DNA of 64,000 nt, from the sequence record OL960577.1; one strand, 5' to 3'. The translations under genes and the position numbers were made by a program. Under the pieces are notes generated by a model. The model was not told where the DNA came from. It did no database searches and saw only the letters and a list, made by a program, of their open reading frames with translations. Below are positions 1 to 10,083 of this stretch, piece by piece; within the stretch, counting starts at the first letter, position 1; the number at the start of each line of letters is the position of its first letter. This stretch comes from Escherichia phage vB_EcoM_SA35RD.

Positions 1-935
1 AGCTTAGAAATAGGGCCGTCATATTTCAGTTTACCAACGTTCAATTCAAATTCTGAAATGTAATCCAGAGAATACGACGGTTGATTGGTAAAAGAGAATT
101 TTTTGTAAAGGTCAATGTAATCAAGAACAGAGATACCGAACAATGTAATGATTTCACGAGAACCATACATGTTTTCGATAACTTTAACACGAGTTTTACG
201 ATGTGGTGATAAACGTTTCGCAGTAGATTCGCCAAAAATATTCTTGATTCGGTTATACACATATGGAATATCAAATGACTCAACGTTCCATCCAGTCAAA
301 ATGACAGGAGTTTTCTGTTGCCAGAAGTTGAGATATTCCATCAACAATTCTTTTTCGTTATCAAACGGCATATAAATGATTTTATCGATAATTTCGGATG
401 GAACTTCATCACCACCTTGTTCTTGAAGCTTAGCCGCAATTTCGATAGACCATTCTTCTACATTACCGTATGGAGAATTCAATAGATCAAATACGTAGAA
501 CCTGTCGTCAATTGAGTCATAATGGGTGATAGCATCAATCGGATGTTTTGCTTGTGACGGCTCAGGGAACCCATCCGGAGATGTTACTTCGATGTCGAAG
601 TTAGCCACACGAATTTTTGTATGGTCGTATTTGATTTCATAGTTATAAGTGTCAGACAAATACGCCAATTTGAAATCGTCCATGCCAAGTGCTTCAAGTC
701 CGATATCTTCCATGCGTTTAATCCATTGGGAGGCATCACGCATATTAGCGAACAACTTACGAGTACACGGCTTACCATAGATATCGAAATATTTCGTAGC
801 CTGACTTTCCGGACAATGAGCAAACAGTGATGGTTTATATTCTACTTCACGAGTACGTTCACGGCCATTAGAATCGATGTAACGTTCAAAAATTGAATCA
901 CCAATCTGTTCAACCGTTAAGTAAAATTCTTTCAT
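1..935 (-). CDS. 43: DNA polymerase gp43, N-terminal part (partial; continues past window start)
   Basis: Reverse complement from ATG at 935 translates MKEFYLTVEQIGDSIFERYIDSNGRERTREVE; not in ORF track because no stop in window; matches my recollection of RB69/T4 gp43 N-terminus. Confidence 0.9.
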   Translation of the reverse strand, partial: MKEFYLTVEQIGDSIFERYIDSNGRERTREVEYKPSLFAHCPESQATKYFDIYGKPCTRKLFANMRDASQWIKRMEDIGLEALGMDDFKLAYLSDTYNYEIKYDHTKIRVANFDIEVTSPDGFPEPSQAKHPIDAITHYDSIDDRFYVFDLLNSPYGNVEEWSIEIAAKLQEQGGDEVPSEIIDKIIYMPFDNEKELLMEYLNFWQQKTPVILTGWNVESFDIPYVYNRIKNIFGESTAKRLSPHRKTRVKVIENMYGSREIITLFGISVLDYIDLYKKFSFTNQPSYSLDYISEFELNVGKLKYDGPISK

Positions 936-1016
936 TTAATTTCCTTTAGACGAGTTATTGTCTTTTGTTTGTTGATGAACTTATTATACTCCAAATGGGA
1001 CCGAAGTCCCATTGCT

Positions 1017-1385
1017 TTAATTACCAATTGTATATTTTGCTTTCAAAGTCCAGTCATCTTTCTGTTTAAAAGAGATAACACGGAAGTTATTAGTAAGGCC
1101 AAACAGATCTTCACGAGCAGAGTCTTCAATAACAATCAAGCCCCAGTCTTCAAGCAACTGAGCAATCGAATCACGTCGCTGATAGTCTTCACCGTCAATA
1201 TCAACCTGACGTCCATCCATACGCAGCATTTCTTTAAAGTGGACGATGTAGTATTTACCTTGCTTTTGGAGGATATGACAGGACTGATAAAGGACTTTAT
1301 CCTTGTTATTAGCGATGCCCATACGGGTCAAAGTCTCTTTGACTTTAAGAAAATCTTCAGGGTTCTTCAATTTAATTTCAATCAT
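1017..1385 (-). CDS. regA: RegA translational repressor
   Basis: Track ORF 1017..1394; MIEIKLKNPEDFLKVKETLTRMGIANNKDKVLYQSCHIL matches T4 RegA; start set to MIEI Met. Confidence 0.85.
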   Translation of the reverse strand: MIEIKLKNPEDFLKVKETLTRMGIANNKDKVLYQSCHILQKQGKYYIVHFKEMLRMDGRQVDIDGEDYQRRDSIAQLLEDWGLIVIEDSAREDLFGLTNNFRVISFKQKDDWTLKAKYTIGN

Positions 1386-1387
1386 TT

Positions 1388-1951
1388 TTACCATTCCAAT
1401 GCTAATTTTTTAAATTGTTTTTGTTCTTTCACATTTTTTGTAACTTCTTTGAGAAACTCATCAGTGACCATGGCCTTCAGTTCTTTAAGGACTATTGGCA
1501 GCTTGTTATTTTTTTCAAGGAGCCGCTTATACTCGGTAGCATCATTCATGTTGATTGTGTAATGTTTCATCAACAGTTTGATAACTAGTAACTCTGAAGT
1601 GTCTTCGACTAGTTTAGCCCATTTAGAGAATCGTCGGCCACGTGGAATTGCCGCCATCATATAGTTGAAGTGCGCTTCATCACTTAATTCAGAACCGACT
1701 AAGTTCATCATGTAAACGGCTGGCATACATTCTGGGAACTGGGATAATGAGTTCTCAACCATAAATTTTGAGTAGTCGACCTGAGCAATTGACATAGATT
1801 TCTTTTCATTAATAGCATTAATGATTTTAAAGAATTCATTCTCAGGTTTTTCTTTAAACATGTCAGCACATTTTTGAATCGCGTCAGCGTCGTTAGACTT
1901 CCATGCAATTTGGTGCTCGTTAAGTTGGACGTCATCATCAAATAAGTTCAT
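1388..1951 (-). CDS. 62: clamp loader small subunit gp62
   Basis: 187 aa ORF immediately upstream of regA and downstream of gp44, T4 gene order and size. Confidence 0.8.
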   Translation of the reverse strand: MNLFDDDVQLNEHQIAWKSNDADAIQKCADMFKEKPENEFFKIINAINEKKSMSIAQVDYSKFMVENSLSQFPECMPAVYMMNLVGSELSDEAHFNYMMAAIPRGRRFSKWAKLVEDTSELLVIKLLMKHYTINMNDATEYKRLLEKNNKLPIVLKELKAMVTDEFLKEVTKNVKEQKQFKKLALEW

Positions 1952-1952
1952 A

Positions 1953-2915
1953 TTATTTCCAAGTCAGTTCGCAGGTCAGTTGAAGAAGCATATACATAAC
2001 ATGTAATTCAATATTACTTGCTAATCCATGAAACTTATTATTTTCGCCTGCAATTTCATAAAGCGAAATAATACTTTTACCAGGTGCAACTTGGTCATAA
2101 CATTCTGAAACTAATTTATCGATGAACCATGAATAATCTGCGGCATATTTTGGAGCTAATGCACGAAGCTGTTTGATATCTTTGTTCTTCATTGCTTCGA
2201 TAACATCAGAGACTGTGCCACGGTCATTAGTTACGATAGACAAAATACCAGCATCAAGAACACCTTTAGACGAGTACTGGTCTAATTGACCAATTGTACG
2301 ACGAAAGTCCGGGAAGTTCTTTTTAACCAGAGCTGCAACAACTTTCATATCAGCGATTTCGATATTTTCATTCTTACAGATTTCAACCATACGATGAATC
2401 ATTTTCTTCATCATCGAGATTTTATCTTCTTCGGTTGGACGTCCGAATTCAATAACTCGACAACGACTACGTAATGGTTCAATAATTCCATCGATGTTGT
2501 TAGCAGTAATAACAATAGAGCAGTTACTAGAGAATTCTTCCATAAACGTACGAAGGTGACGTTGTGATTCGGCGAGACCACTACGGTCGAATTCATCAAT
2601 AACAATAACTTTAGGCTTGCCTTCCATTGAGACTGAACGAGCGAATGCAGTTAACGGACCACGCACAAAATCAATCTTACAATCAGAACCGTTGACGAAC
2701 ATCATTTCGGCATTGATATCATTACATAATGCTTTTGCTACGGTTGTTTTACCTGTACCAGGAGAAGGAGAGTGCAAAATAATATGAGGAAGTTTTCCTT
2801 TAGATACTAAAGACTTGAATGTTTCATGGTCATACGCAGGCAGAATACATTCGTCAATGGAAGAAGGACGATATTTCTGTTCTAGAATGTGTTCTTTGGA
2901 ATTGATAGTAATCAT
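1953..2915 (-). CDS. 44: clamp loader ATPase gp44 (AAA+)
   Basis: 320 aa; Walker [11 protein letters not shown], Walker B VIVIDEFD; position between 62 and 45. Confidence 0.9.
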   Translation of the reverse strand: MITINSKEHILEQKYRPSSIDECILPAYDHETFKSLVSKGKLPHIILHSPSPGTGKTTVAKALCNDINAEMMFVNGSDCKIDFVRGPLTAFARSVSMEGKPKVIVIDEFDRSGLAESQRHLRTFMEEFSSNCSIVITANNIDGIIEPLRSRCRVIEFGRPTEEDKISMMKKMIHRMVEICKNENIEIADMKVVAALVKKNFPDFRRTIGQLDQYSSKGVLDAGILSIVTNDRGTVSDVIEAMKNKDIKQLRALAPKYAADYSWFIDKLVSECYDQVAPGKSIISLYEIAGENNKFHGLASNIELHVMYMLLQLTCELTWK

Positions 2916-2990
2916 GTAATTTTCCTCATTATCATTAAACTGGAGGATTTCTCCTCCATAATCGTATCACAATAAACGTAAAGCTTTGAC

Positions 2991-3677
2991 TTAGAAGTCG
3001 TGAGTAGAATCGGCTTCCATCGCAATAACATAACTTACTTGAGAGCTTTCAAACTTGGCTGCAACTTTATCACCGGCTCCCCACAACATTACTTTATAAT
3101 TACCTGGCTGGATTTTCATATTAGCCATATTGATTACGAAGTTAAAGTTGTTAGAACCATCATAATCGGTAAGAGTCAAAGAATACTTAGGACGAGTTAG
3201 TCCAGAATCTTCAACTTTATTATAGCCATTGATAACAATTTTACCATCTTTATTTGTAATAGCAATTGTATCAATCTGAAGACCACGTGAAACTCGAAGC
3301 AATTGTTGAAGGTCTTCAGCTTTAATTTCAGTAATCACAGAAGCCACTGGGAATTGAATTGGCTTATTAGGAAAAACAATGGTGCTCTTGTCAGCGGCAG
3401 GCCAATAAACCGTGGAGCGTGTGTCTGCAATTTTAATATTGCCATCAGTGTGCATTGAAATTTCAGCATCATCAGACACTAGACTCAAAATGCTTAAGAA
3501 GCTATTCAAATCATAAAGTGCTACGTCAAAATCAATTTCATCAGAGATATTTGCTTCCGCATAAGTGGTGCCATTAACTGCACGAGTCATAATAAATTTA
3601 CCTTGACTCAGCAGAATGCCGGAGTTAATAGAGGCAAAGTTTTTCAGAATAGCGATAGTATCTTTAGACAGTTTCAT
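2991..3677 (-). CDS. 45: sliding clamp gp45
   Basis: Track ORF 2991..3692; start set to MKLSKDT with AGGAAA RBS; 228 aa as T4 gp45. Confidence 0.9.
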   Translation of the reverse strand: MKLSKDTIAILKNFASINSGILLSQGKFIMTRAVNGTTYAEANISDEIDFDVALYDLNSFLSILSLVSDDAEISMHTDGNIKIADTRSTVYWPAADKSTIVFPNKPIQFPVASVITEIKAEDLQQLLRVSRGLQIDTIAITNKDGKIVINGYNKVEDSGLTRPKYSLTLTDYDGSNNFNFVINMANMKIQPGNYKVMLWGAGDKVAAKFESSQVSYVIAMEADSTHDF

Positions 3678-3719
3678 TTTATTTCCTTTCAAGACAATTC
3701 AAAGTTTATAACAAATTTA

Positions 3720-4136
3720 TTATGCAGCAACCATCTGCTTTTTAATAGCTTCAGGCAGTGATTCAATATATTCTGGAATTTTAGAGGCAACAATTTCGCC
3801 AGCTGCAATTAGTTGTTCGTCGGCATCAACACAGTAGAAATCTTCCAGACGCTCAGAACCGTCTTTATCAAGAACGATTTTTCCACCAGCTTCAATAGAA
3901 TCTTTATAGTGCTTACGCATCAGATGAATCCACATATCAGATACATCGTTATCAATAAAACCGTAAATCATAAAACGAGTTTCTTGTGGCAAAGATTGGA
4001 GTTTTTTAGCACTTGCGTCATCACAATGCAGGACCCATGCTTTACGAACACGATTATGGTTATGTGGGTTAGCGTCAGTACGGATAGAAGTAACTTTCAG
4101 ATCAGCAGCAGTGAAACCTTTAGCAGTAGTAAACAT
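3720..4136 (-). CDS. rpbA: RpbA-like RNA polymerase-binding protein (tentative)
   Basis: 138 aa ORF at the T4 rpbA position between 45 and 46; assignment by synteny and size only. Confidence 0.45.
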   Translation of the reverse strand: MFTTAKGFTAADLKVTSIRTDANPHNHNRVRKAWVLHCDDASAKKLQSLPQETRFMIYGFIDNDVSDMWIHLMRKHYKDSIEAGGKIVLDKDGSERLEDFYCVDADEQLIAAGEIVASKIPEYIESLPEAIKKQMVAA

Positions 4137-4148
4137 ATTATTTCTCTC

Positions 4149-4349
4149 TTATTCGTAGAAGTCGGTAACTGTCCATGCGGAATTGCGATTAGACATTATT
4201 TTATTATACTCATCTTTAAAAGCAGATTTGAGCATTTGTTCAGTAACAATATGTTCTTCACCTGAAAACGTATTGGTCAAAACATATTTTTTAATTTCAG
4301 GGACAACGAGAAGATGTTGGCCGGTTGAATACTCCATGTTGTTCTCCAT
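4149..4349 (-). CDS. hypothetical protein (66 aa)
   Basis: Track ORF, tightly packed between rpbA-like ORF and gp46. Confidence 0.4.
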   Translation of the reverse strand: MENNMEYSTGQHLLVVPEIKKYVLTNTFSGEEHIVTEQMLKSAFKDEYNKIMSNRNSAWTVTDFYE

Positions 4350-4391
4350 TTAATTTGATGTGGTCATTATAACCACATCGTGTTAAAGCGT

Positions 4392-6080
4392 TTATGAAAC
4401 AGTCATTACCGTAAATCGTCCAACTTTGCTCATTTGAAGATGTTGTCCATAAGCTTGTGGGTCATGGTCTCTGTGACTAATTATAAACACGTTTGCATCG
4501 GTTAGAGAGTTAAGAATTGTTGAAATAGCTTTAATACCTTCAGAATCAGTCGCGGAATCCATGACTTCGTCCATAATTAATGTATTGATTCTAACACCAG
4601 AGACCTTTTCAGCAATATCTCGCCATGTAAACAACAACGCGATATCGATACGCGCTTTTTCGCCTTGACTAAATGAAGCATAACTGAACTCTTCACGGCC
4701 ACGTGATTTTATAGATTCATTGAATTCTTCGTCAATAGAAAACACGTAATCGGCTTCCATGATTTTAAGATAATGGTTAATCTGCTTATTGAACAAAGGC
4801 ACGTATTTTTTAATGATAGCACCTTTAATACCAGAATCTTTTAACATATCTGTGATAATACCACGATGGTATTTTTCAAGAACGATATCTGATTTTGTTT
4901 TAATGATTTTATCAAGTTCTTTTTGAAGCAAAGCTATCTCATCGGCATGGTCGATAAATTCCGCTGAGGCTTGTTCTATTGCAGCTTTAACTTTCTTAGC
5001 TTTATCAATAGTGGCAATCATTGCTTGTTTCTTGGTACGAATATCAGATGCAAGGTCCTGTTTAGTCTTAACATTAGCTCTATATTCGTCCACTAGGACA
5101 CTCAGATTATCTCTGTGGCAGGTAAGTTGCTCGAATGAGTGATTACATTCATGAAGCTTATCGGTAATCTTAGAGACAATAGGGTCACCCTGGTGCAACT
5201 GTGATGCGCAAGTAGGACATGTACCGCCATCATGATACATCTTAATAACTTTGTTATATGAGTCAATTTTAGATTTAATCAAGAATGCTTCTTGTCCGAT
5301 CTTGTTGAATGCCTCAGTAGGGTCTTCGTCAAGAACGATATTAAGTAGACGCTCGTTAGCTTCTTCAATTTCTGCTTTTAATGAACGAGCTTCTTTGGCT
5401 AGGTCGTCATACATATTCTGTAGACGCGCTACATTATCGCCAGATAATTTCTTTTGACGTTCGATATTCTCGTTATAAATCTTAATTTGTTGGATAATAC
5501 CATCTTTCTTGGCATCGAGAACTTGTCCCTGGGAATTAAGTTCTCGAACTTGAGACTTATTGATTTTATCCATTTCGGCGAGTGTGCCGACTTCTAAAAG
5601 GTCTTCGACAAGTTTTCTACGAGCAGGGGTGCTAAGAGCCATGAAAGGGGTATACCCTGCCGTCCCAAGCACAACGATTTGTTTAAAAGACGCGTATGAC
5701 ATTCCGATGCTACGTTCAAATTCTTCTTGGAAGTCACGACTGCTGGCAGATTCATCAAGACGAACACCGTCAACGGAGATTTCGAAAATATTGGGCTTTT
5801 GGCCTCGTTTAATGAAGTATTTTTTACCATCGAATTCCATCCAAAGCTCAACTAAGAGCTCTTTCTTGTTCGTGCTATTAATGATTTGTCCTTTCTTAAC
5901 ATCACGAAATGGTTTACCGAAAAGTCCGAAAGTAATGGCTTCTAACATCGTAGATTTACCACCGCCATTTTTACCAGTGATTAATGTCTTTTGGACTTTA
6001 TCTAATTGGATATCAATAGGATTCCCACCTACCGACATGATGTTTTGATAACGAACACGATTTAATTTAAATGATTTCAT
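4392..6080 (-). CDS. 46: recombination endonuclease subunit gp46 (SbcC/Rad50-like ATPase)
   Basis: 562 aa; Walker A GKNGGGKST, ABC signature region FSQGEKAR, Walker B LIMDEV, long coiled-coil middle. Confidence 0.9.
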   Translation of the reverse strand: MKSFKLNRVRYQNIMSVGGNPIDIQLDKVQKTLITGKNGGGKSTMLEAITFGLFGKPFRDVKKGQIINSTNKKELLVELWMEFDGKKYFIKRGQKPNIFEISVDGVRLDESASSRDFQEEFERSIGMSYASFKQIVVLGTAGYTPFMALSTPARRKLVEDLLEVGTLAEMDKINKSQVRELNSQGQVLDAKKDGIIQQIKIYNENIERQKKLSGDNVARLQNMYDDLAKEARSLKAEIEEANERLLNIVLDEDPTEAFNKIGQEAFLIKSKIDSYNKVIKMYHDGGTCPTCASQLHQGDPIVSKITDKLHECNHSFEQLTCHRDNLSVLVDEYRANVKTKQDLASDIRTKKQAMIATIDKAKKVKAAIEQASAEFIDHADEIALLQKELDKIIKTKSDIVLEKYHRGIITDMLKDSGIKGAIIKKYVPLFNKQINHYLKIMEADYVFSIDEEFNESIKSRGREEFSYASFSQGEKARIDIALLFTWRDIAEKVSGVRINTLIMDEVMDSATDSEGIKAISTILNSLTDANVFIISHRDHDPQAYGQHLQMSKVGRFTVMTVS

Positions 6081-6325
6081 ATGTATTCTCTTCGAATGAA
6101 GTCCTCTACATATTTTAACATGTCATCTCTATCAGCAAAATATTCATCTAGTTCTGCATACATAACAACACCTGGGGCGTACTCACAGGTAACATACATT
6201 GTTCCAAAGAAACGAGGAGTTGATTCCTCGTAATTCTCAGTCCATTCAACGATACCAATATAACCGTCACCAATACTAAATTCGTGACGATGGATTTCAT
6301 AGTCAGTCTTCGTCATTATACGCAT
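6077..6325 (-). CDS. hypothetical protein (82 aa)
   Basis: Track ORF between 46 and 47, start overlaps neighbour stop. Confidence 0.5.
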   Translation of the reverse strand: MRIMTKTDYEIHRHEFSIGDGYIGIVEWTENYEESTPRFFGTMYVTCEYAPGVVMYAELDEYFADRDDMLKYVEDFIRREYI

Positions 6326-6560
6326 CCTCGATACATGCTTCAGCCATTTTAAGAATAGAGCCAGGAGTATCGTTGTCCATTATATTAAAGCTAAATTCAA
6401 TAGCCCAGTCAGTGCAGACATGAACTGCTTTAACTTCATTGCCTTCAACGCGTAATGGCTCAATCCAATACTTGATAGTGTTCTCGAATCCATCGTCATC
6501 TTTAACGTCCATTTCAACTTCAAGCCTGAGACCAGCATTGTTAAATTCATCTAAAGTCAT
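6303..6560 (-). CDS. hypothetical protein (85 aa)
   Basis: Track ORF between 46 and 47. Confidence 0.5.
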   Translation of the reverse strand: MTLDEFNNAGLRLEVEMDVKDDDGFENTIKYWIEPLRVEGNEVKAVHVCTDWAIEFSFNIMDNDTPGSILKMAEACIEDAYNDED

Positions 6561-7576
6561 TGTGTTGCCTCAATATAAAGTTCGTTGGAATATTTGACCA
6601 GCGCTTCTCTGTCTTCGTCTGAGATATCTGGAATCGCGTCAATATATTCTTTAATGATATCTTGAAGTGATTTAATCTCGATTTCCTGGTCGTCATCAGA
6701 TTCAACACTGTTATCAACTTTAGAAACCATACGAAGAGAGTGAACTACTTTTTCAAGTTCGGATTCAAACTTAGTCAACTCAGAATCAATTTCTGATACT
6801 ATAACACGTACGGCTAGATTAGTATAATCAGAATAATTGATTTTGCCTTTAAACGGATAAGTGATTCGTCGATGCCATGTTGTTTCATTAGGAATAAATT
6901 CCATACGTTCAACATCGGTGTCAAATACCCAGAATCCGCGCGGGTCGTTCTCATCACCTGCAGTAAGGGTCCATGGTGTCCCAATATATTTGACGTTAGC
7001 AGCTTCAGAGATTGTGTGGAAGTGGCCGGACCAGACTTGTTTATAAGTCTTTAAGAAATCAGGTTCAAGCCCATGAGACTTCATCCCTTTATAGAAATAA
7101 AAGCCATTCAGTTCCCAGTGCCCAACACAATACGCAGCAGAAGAAGTCTTGATGTGCTCTAAGATTTCACCTGTATTTTCTTCACACATCCATGGAACGA
7201 TATCAATCAGACATCCGTCAAAATCTACAGTAGTTGGATGCTCGTAAATAGTAAAGTTTTCAAATTGAGTTAACAATTCAGAAACAGTGTTAGGTGTTAT
7301 TGTATTCTTAAACGCCATGTCATGGTTTCCTATCGTGACATGAACGTGAATGCCTGCTTTAGAAATCATATCAACGATTTCACGATTGAATTCCATTGTA
7401 CGATGTGTTATTGCTTTACGGACGTCAAACCAATCACCGTACTGAATCCAAGTTTTAATCCCGTGTTTCTTAGAGTATTCAATTGCTTGACGAATACCAT
7501 CACGTTGAATATCTTGAACCCATGGGTCGTCTTGTTTGACTCCGATATGGAAGTCGCCTAAGTGCAAAATTTTCAT
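6557..7576 (-). CDS. 47: recombination endonuclease subunit gp47 (Mre11/SbcD-like phosphoesterase)
   Basis: 339 aa; MKILHLGDFHIG and GNHD metallophosphatase motifs. Confidence 0.9.
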   Translation of the reverse strand: MKILHLGDFHIGVKQDDPWVQDIQRDGIRQAIEYSKKHGIKTWIQYGDWFDVRKAITHRTMEFNREIVDMISKAGIHVHVTIGNHDMAFKNTITPNTVSELLTQFENFTIYEHPTTVDFDGCLIDIVPWMCEENTGEILEHIKTSSAAYCVGHWELNGFYFYKGMKSHGLEPDFLKTYKQVWSGHFHTISEAANVKYIGTPWTLTAGDENDPRGFWVFDTDVERMEFIPNETTWHRRITYPFKGKINYSDYTNLAVRVIVSEIDSELTKFESELEKVVHSLRMVSKVDNSVESDDDQEIEIKSLQDIIKEYIDAIPDISDEDREALVKYSNELYIEATQ

Positions 7577-7589
7577 ATTATTTCCTCAT

Positions 7590-7625
7590 TAGTTAATTCA
7601 TTCTATCATCCGTTTATAAAGCAAA
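7590..7625 (-). promoter_or_regulatory. possible MotA-type middle promoter upstream of gene 47
   Basis: Minus-strand TTGCTTTATAAA (MotA-box-like) followed about 13 nt later by TAGAAT, directly upstream of gp47 start. Confidence 0.35.
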
Positions 7626-7648
7626 AAAAGGAACTCCGAAGAGTTCCT
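7622..7648 (-). terminator. rho-independent terminator (minus strand)
   Basis: Perfect hairpin AGGAACTC-cgaa-GAGTTCCT; T-run follows on minus strand. Confidence 0.6.
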
Positions 7649-7650
7649 AT

Positions 7651-7821
7651 CCACATAGTACACCGTACAGAGGCTCATTTGAACTTTTAAATCGAATGGG
7701 CTTGTATGTAATAGTTCCTTCGGCTTTAGCTTTATCATAAGACTCTTTAAAACGTCTCATTCTTTCTGCTTTGCCTTTACGGATTTTATCGAAATTTTCA
7801 GAAGTCGGGATGTTCGTCATG
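7651..7821 (-). CDS. hypothetical small basic protein (about 56 aa)
   Basis: Hand-translated ORF MTNIPTSENFDKIRKGKAERMRRFKESYDK..., GAGAGG RBS; below track size cutoff. Confidence 0.3.
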
Positions 7822-7859
7822 CATAAGCACCTCTCAGAAAATGCCTAAATCAATTTCTC

Positions 7860-8081
7860 TCATCGTTTCCACCATTTCTTAACTTGAAATGAATCAACCC
7901 ACACGAGTTGTTTTGGGTCTGCCTTTACAATAGGCGGACAAATTTCTGTAATAGAACCGTCGTGATATTCCTTTTCAGAAATTTTAACACAAAGAGGACC
8001 TCCCAATTTAAGGGTGAACCCTGCGTTCAGCTTCAGACGTTTAAACTTTGTTTGAACTAGCGCCATTAATGATGTCCTCAA
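7860..8081 (-). CDS. hypothetical protein (73 aa)
   Basis: Track ORF; occupies the locus where T4 carries a-gt. Confidence 0.4.
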   Translation of the reverse strand: MRTSLMALVQTKFKRLKLNAGFTLKLGGPLCVKISEKEYHDGSITEICPPIVKADPKQLVWVDSFQVKKWWKR

Positions 8082-8364
8082 TAGCCTGACGAGTAGTAAC
8101 CCACTGGATTTTAATTAACTTGTCATTATATGGTTGTCGTAGAATATCCCGAGATTTCTTAATAGCATATTCGTAAGCTTCGAAGTTGTTTTGAATTGCT
8201 GCTTCTTGAGCATGAGCATAAAGACGGTTTAGTTCAAAACGATTCTTTTTAAGAATCTTTTCGGATTTTTTACGTGCTTCAGCTTCATTTTTCTTTTGGA
8301 TTTCTTGTAGCATTTTAGCTACTGCATCTTCTGCTTCTTTATTTTCAATAATCTCGGTAGTCAT
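8041..8364 (-). CDS. hypothetical protein (107 aa)
   Basis: Track ORF, charged helical sequence. Confidence 0.45.
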   Translation of the reverse strand: MTTEIIENKEAEDAVAKMLQEIQKKNEAEARKKSEKILKKNRFELNRLYAHAQEAAIQNNFEAYEYAIKKSRDILRQPYNDKLIKIQWVTTRQAIEDIINGASSNKV

Positions 8365-8365
8365 A

Positions 8366-8575
8366 TTATCTCATTAAATTAAAATAAAAACGTCCATCCT
8401 CTTCAATACAGAACTCATATTCAACTGGAGTCCCGTTTATCGAAAATGACACGTCATGTGGGTTCAAAGGGTCGATGTCAAAATTAATTTTAAATTCACG
8501 ACCCAACAGTTTTACCAAATAAGGGATTGCTTCGTCAAAAGGTTCTTCTAAGTAGTTAGAGATGTCAATTGTCAT
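8366..8575 (-). CDS. hypothetical protein (about 70 aa)
   Basis: Track ORF 8366..8659 trimmed to Met at 8575/8581 because upstream part overlaps gp55. Confidence 0.4.
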   Translation of the reverse strand: MTIDISNYLEEPFDEAIPYLVKLLGREFKINFDIDPLNPHDVSFSINGTPVEYEFCIEEDGRFYFNLMR

Positions 8576-9140
8576 CCTCATATAAAAAATCCAAACTAGG
8601 CGAATCGCTAACAACTTCCTTCTTTTCAGCCCCAGGAGCTTTATAAGCGGATTCTTCATAATGCGTCATTTTATCGTAGATGTCTTGAATAAACGTTTCA
8701 TCTACCAACGCTACCATATCATCGTCATGGCTGTCGTAGACATTATGAACGAAGTAACTATATTTCTTTGCAACTTCCTTACGTTCTTTTTTGATACGTT
8801 GGACAAAAGCATTAAAACAAGCTCGAGTTATGTATGCATGTGGGTTATTGTACTTAGTTTCGTCGAAATTATGAAGTCCCTTAATAGAGGCTTCAATCCC
8901 ATCTGCAATCATCTCCTGCTTCCAAGACTGGGTATATCCTGAAAAGTTGAAACGTTTGGACAGGCCTTCGGCGATAAGCATAATTGCTAAACCGATGGTA
9001 TCATTCTGACGAATAATTTTGTTTGGGTCTTTATTATTTAAGAGCTCCTTTTTCCACTCGATTATAGCGGCGAGAAGCTCTTTATTATTCACATAGTTAT
9101 TTTTAGGTTTTTGTTCAGTCATAAGTACCTCTTGGCTCAA
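8565..9140 (-). CDS. 55: late-transcription sigma factor gp55
   Basis: [31 protein letters not shown]...[35 protein letters not shown] matches T4 gp55; start may be 9140 or 9122. Confidence 0.85.
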   Translation of the reverse strand: MSQEVLMTEQKPKNNYVNNKELLAAIIEWKKELLNNKDPNKIIRQNDTIGLAIMLIAEGLSKRFNFSGYTQSWKQEMIADGIEASIKGLHNFDETKYNNPHAYITRACFNAFVQRIKKERKEVAKKYSYFVHNVYDSHDDDMVALVDETFIQDIYDKMTHYEESAYKAPGAEKKEVVSDSPSLDFLYEDDN

Positions 9141-9194
9141 TTCATAGGTCTATTATATCATAATATTTAGAGACCTATCTTAAAGCACGAGATA

Positions 9195-9464
9195 CTATCG
9201 GAGCAAACAATAAGCCTGAAACACTTTTTCCATTAAACGTTTGAACTCATGGATATCGATATAAAGCTCAGTAAGACCGGCATTATAAAGAAAATCTAAA
9301 AAGTTCTCATGTGTTTCGTTATAGTCGCCTTCGTTTAATTGAGATACATGAGTTTCCCAAAAACCAACACCTTTAACGAATGGAAAATACGTGACTTTCA
9401 TGTATTCGTCAACATAAAATTCGCCCAGCTTTTCTTCAGTTATACTGATTCGAGTTAATTTCAT
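9195..9464 (-). CDS. hypothetical protein (89 aa)
   Basis: Track ORF. Confidence 0.45.
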   Translation of the reverse strand: MKLTRISITEEKLGEFYVDEYMKVTYFPFVKGVGFWETHVSQLNEGDYNETHENFLDFLYNAGLTELYIDIHEFKRLMEKVFQAYCLLR

Positions 9465-9688
9465 TCTAGTTCCTTTGCTGCTTCAAGAGCAGCATCCAGC
9501 GAATCAAATTGGTCAACGAAATCAATATTCAACGCATCGTCAACCGTAGCATATAACCACCATTGTTTGAATTCGTATTCTAGAATAAATCCAGGACCTT
9601 CAATCTGAGGAAGACCTAGACTATTTGTACCAACTTCGTAACCAGCTAGACGCAGGTCATTAATCAAAGTTTCTGTTAATACGCTCAT
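9461..9688 (-). CDS. hypothetical protein (75 aa)
   Basis: Track ORF, stop overlaps next start. Confidence 0.45.
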   Translation of the reverse strand: MSVLTETLINDLRLAGYEVGTNSLGLPQIEGPGFILEYEFKQWWLYATVDDALNIDFVDQFDSLDAALEAAKELE

Positions 9689-10017
9689 TTTACCGCCTTA
9701 ACAATTTTAAGGTCAACGAATTTTTTCTTACGTTGATTTTTCATACGACGGATAGTCTTTTCAGAGATTTCATGTTTCTGATAAGCTTTAGATTCAACAC
9801 CAAATGCAGCAACGTCAAATTCAGAAAGAATATATTGTACTAGAATTTCACGAATAGAATTACGTCCAATTTTCTGGTCGTGTTTTTGCATGATTTCATA
9901 AAGACGGAATTCCCACGCGTCAAGAACTTGAGGAGTAACAATATTGCCGGATTCCAGAAGAGCAACAACTTTATCGAAAGCGAAAGAATTAACTACGTTT
10001 TTGATTTTAGTAGACAT
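9685..10017 (-). CDS. hypothetical protein (about 110 aa)
   Basis: Track ORF 9685..10065; start moved to ATG at 10017 with GAGGAAAATAAT RBS, downstream of early promoter. Confidence 0.45.
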   Translation of the reverse strand: MSTKIKNVVNSFAFDKVVALLESGNIVTPQVLDAWEFRLYEIMQKHDQKIGRNSIREILVQYILSEFDVAAFGVESKAYQKHEISEKTIRRMKNQRKKKFVDLKIVKAVK

Positions 10018-10054
10018 ATTATTTTCCTCGGTTATTTTATTATCCAACGAGAGA

Positions 10055-10083
10055 ATTATACTCATCTCTCAAGAGTTTGTATA
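10055..10083 (-). promoter_or_regulatory. early promoter cassette (-35 TATACA, 17 nt, -10 TATAAT) with inverted repeat GAGAGA/TCTCTC around -10
   Basis: Read directly; near-identical copy at 40640..40668. Confidence 0.5.

Noticed and set aside
969-1562. Plus-strand ORFs in the early region (for example 969-1562, 3813-4265, 5560-6048, 10591-10905, 39953-40471, 40481-40999)
   Set aside because: They lie antisense to well-supported minus-strand genes and have the Leu/Ser/Phe-rich composition of out-of-frame AT-rich sequence; no ribosome-binding sites or promoters
1708-1941. Alternative-frame minus-strand ORFs inside gp62, gp44, gp46, nrdD and others (1708-1941, 2411-2605, 5594-5851, 14360-14554, 18850-19077, 22168-22368, 32259-32444, 40135-40443, 44153-44380)
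   Set aside because: Fully contained in a different frame of a stronger gene on the same strand
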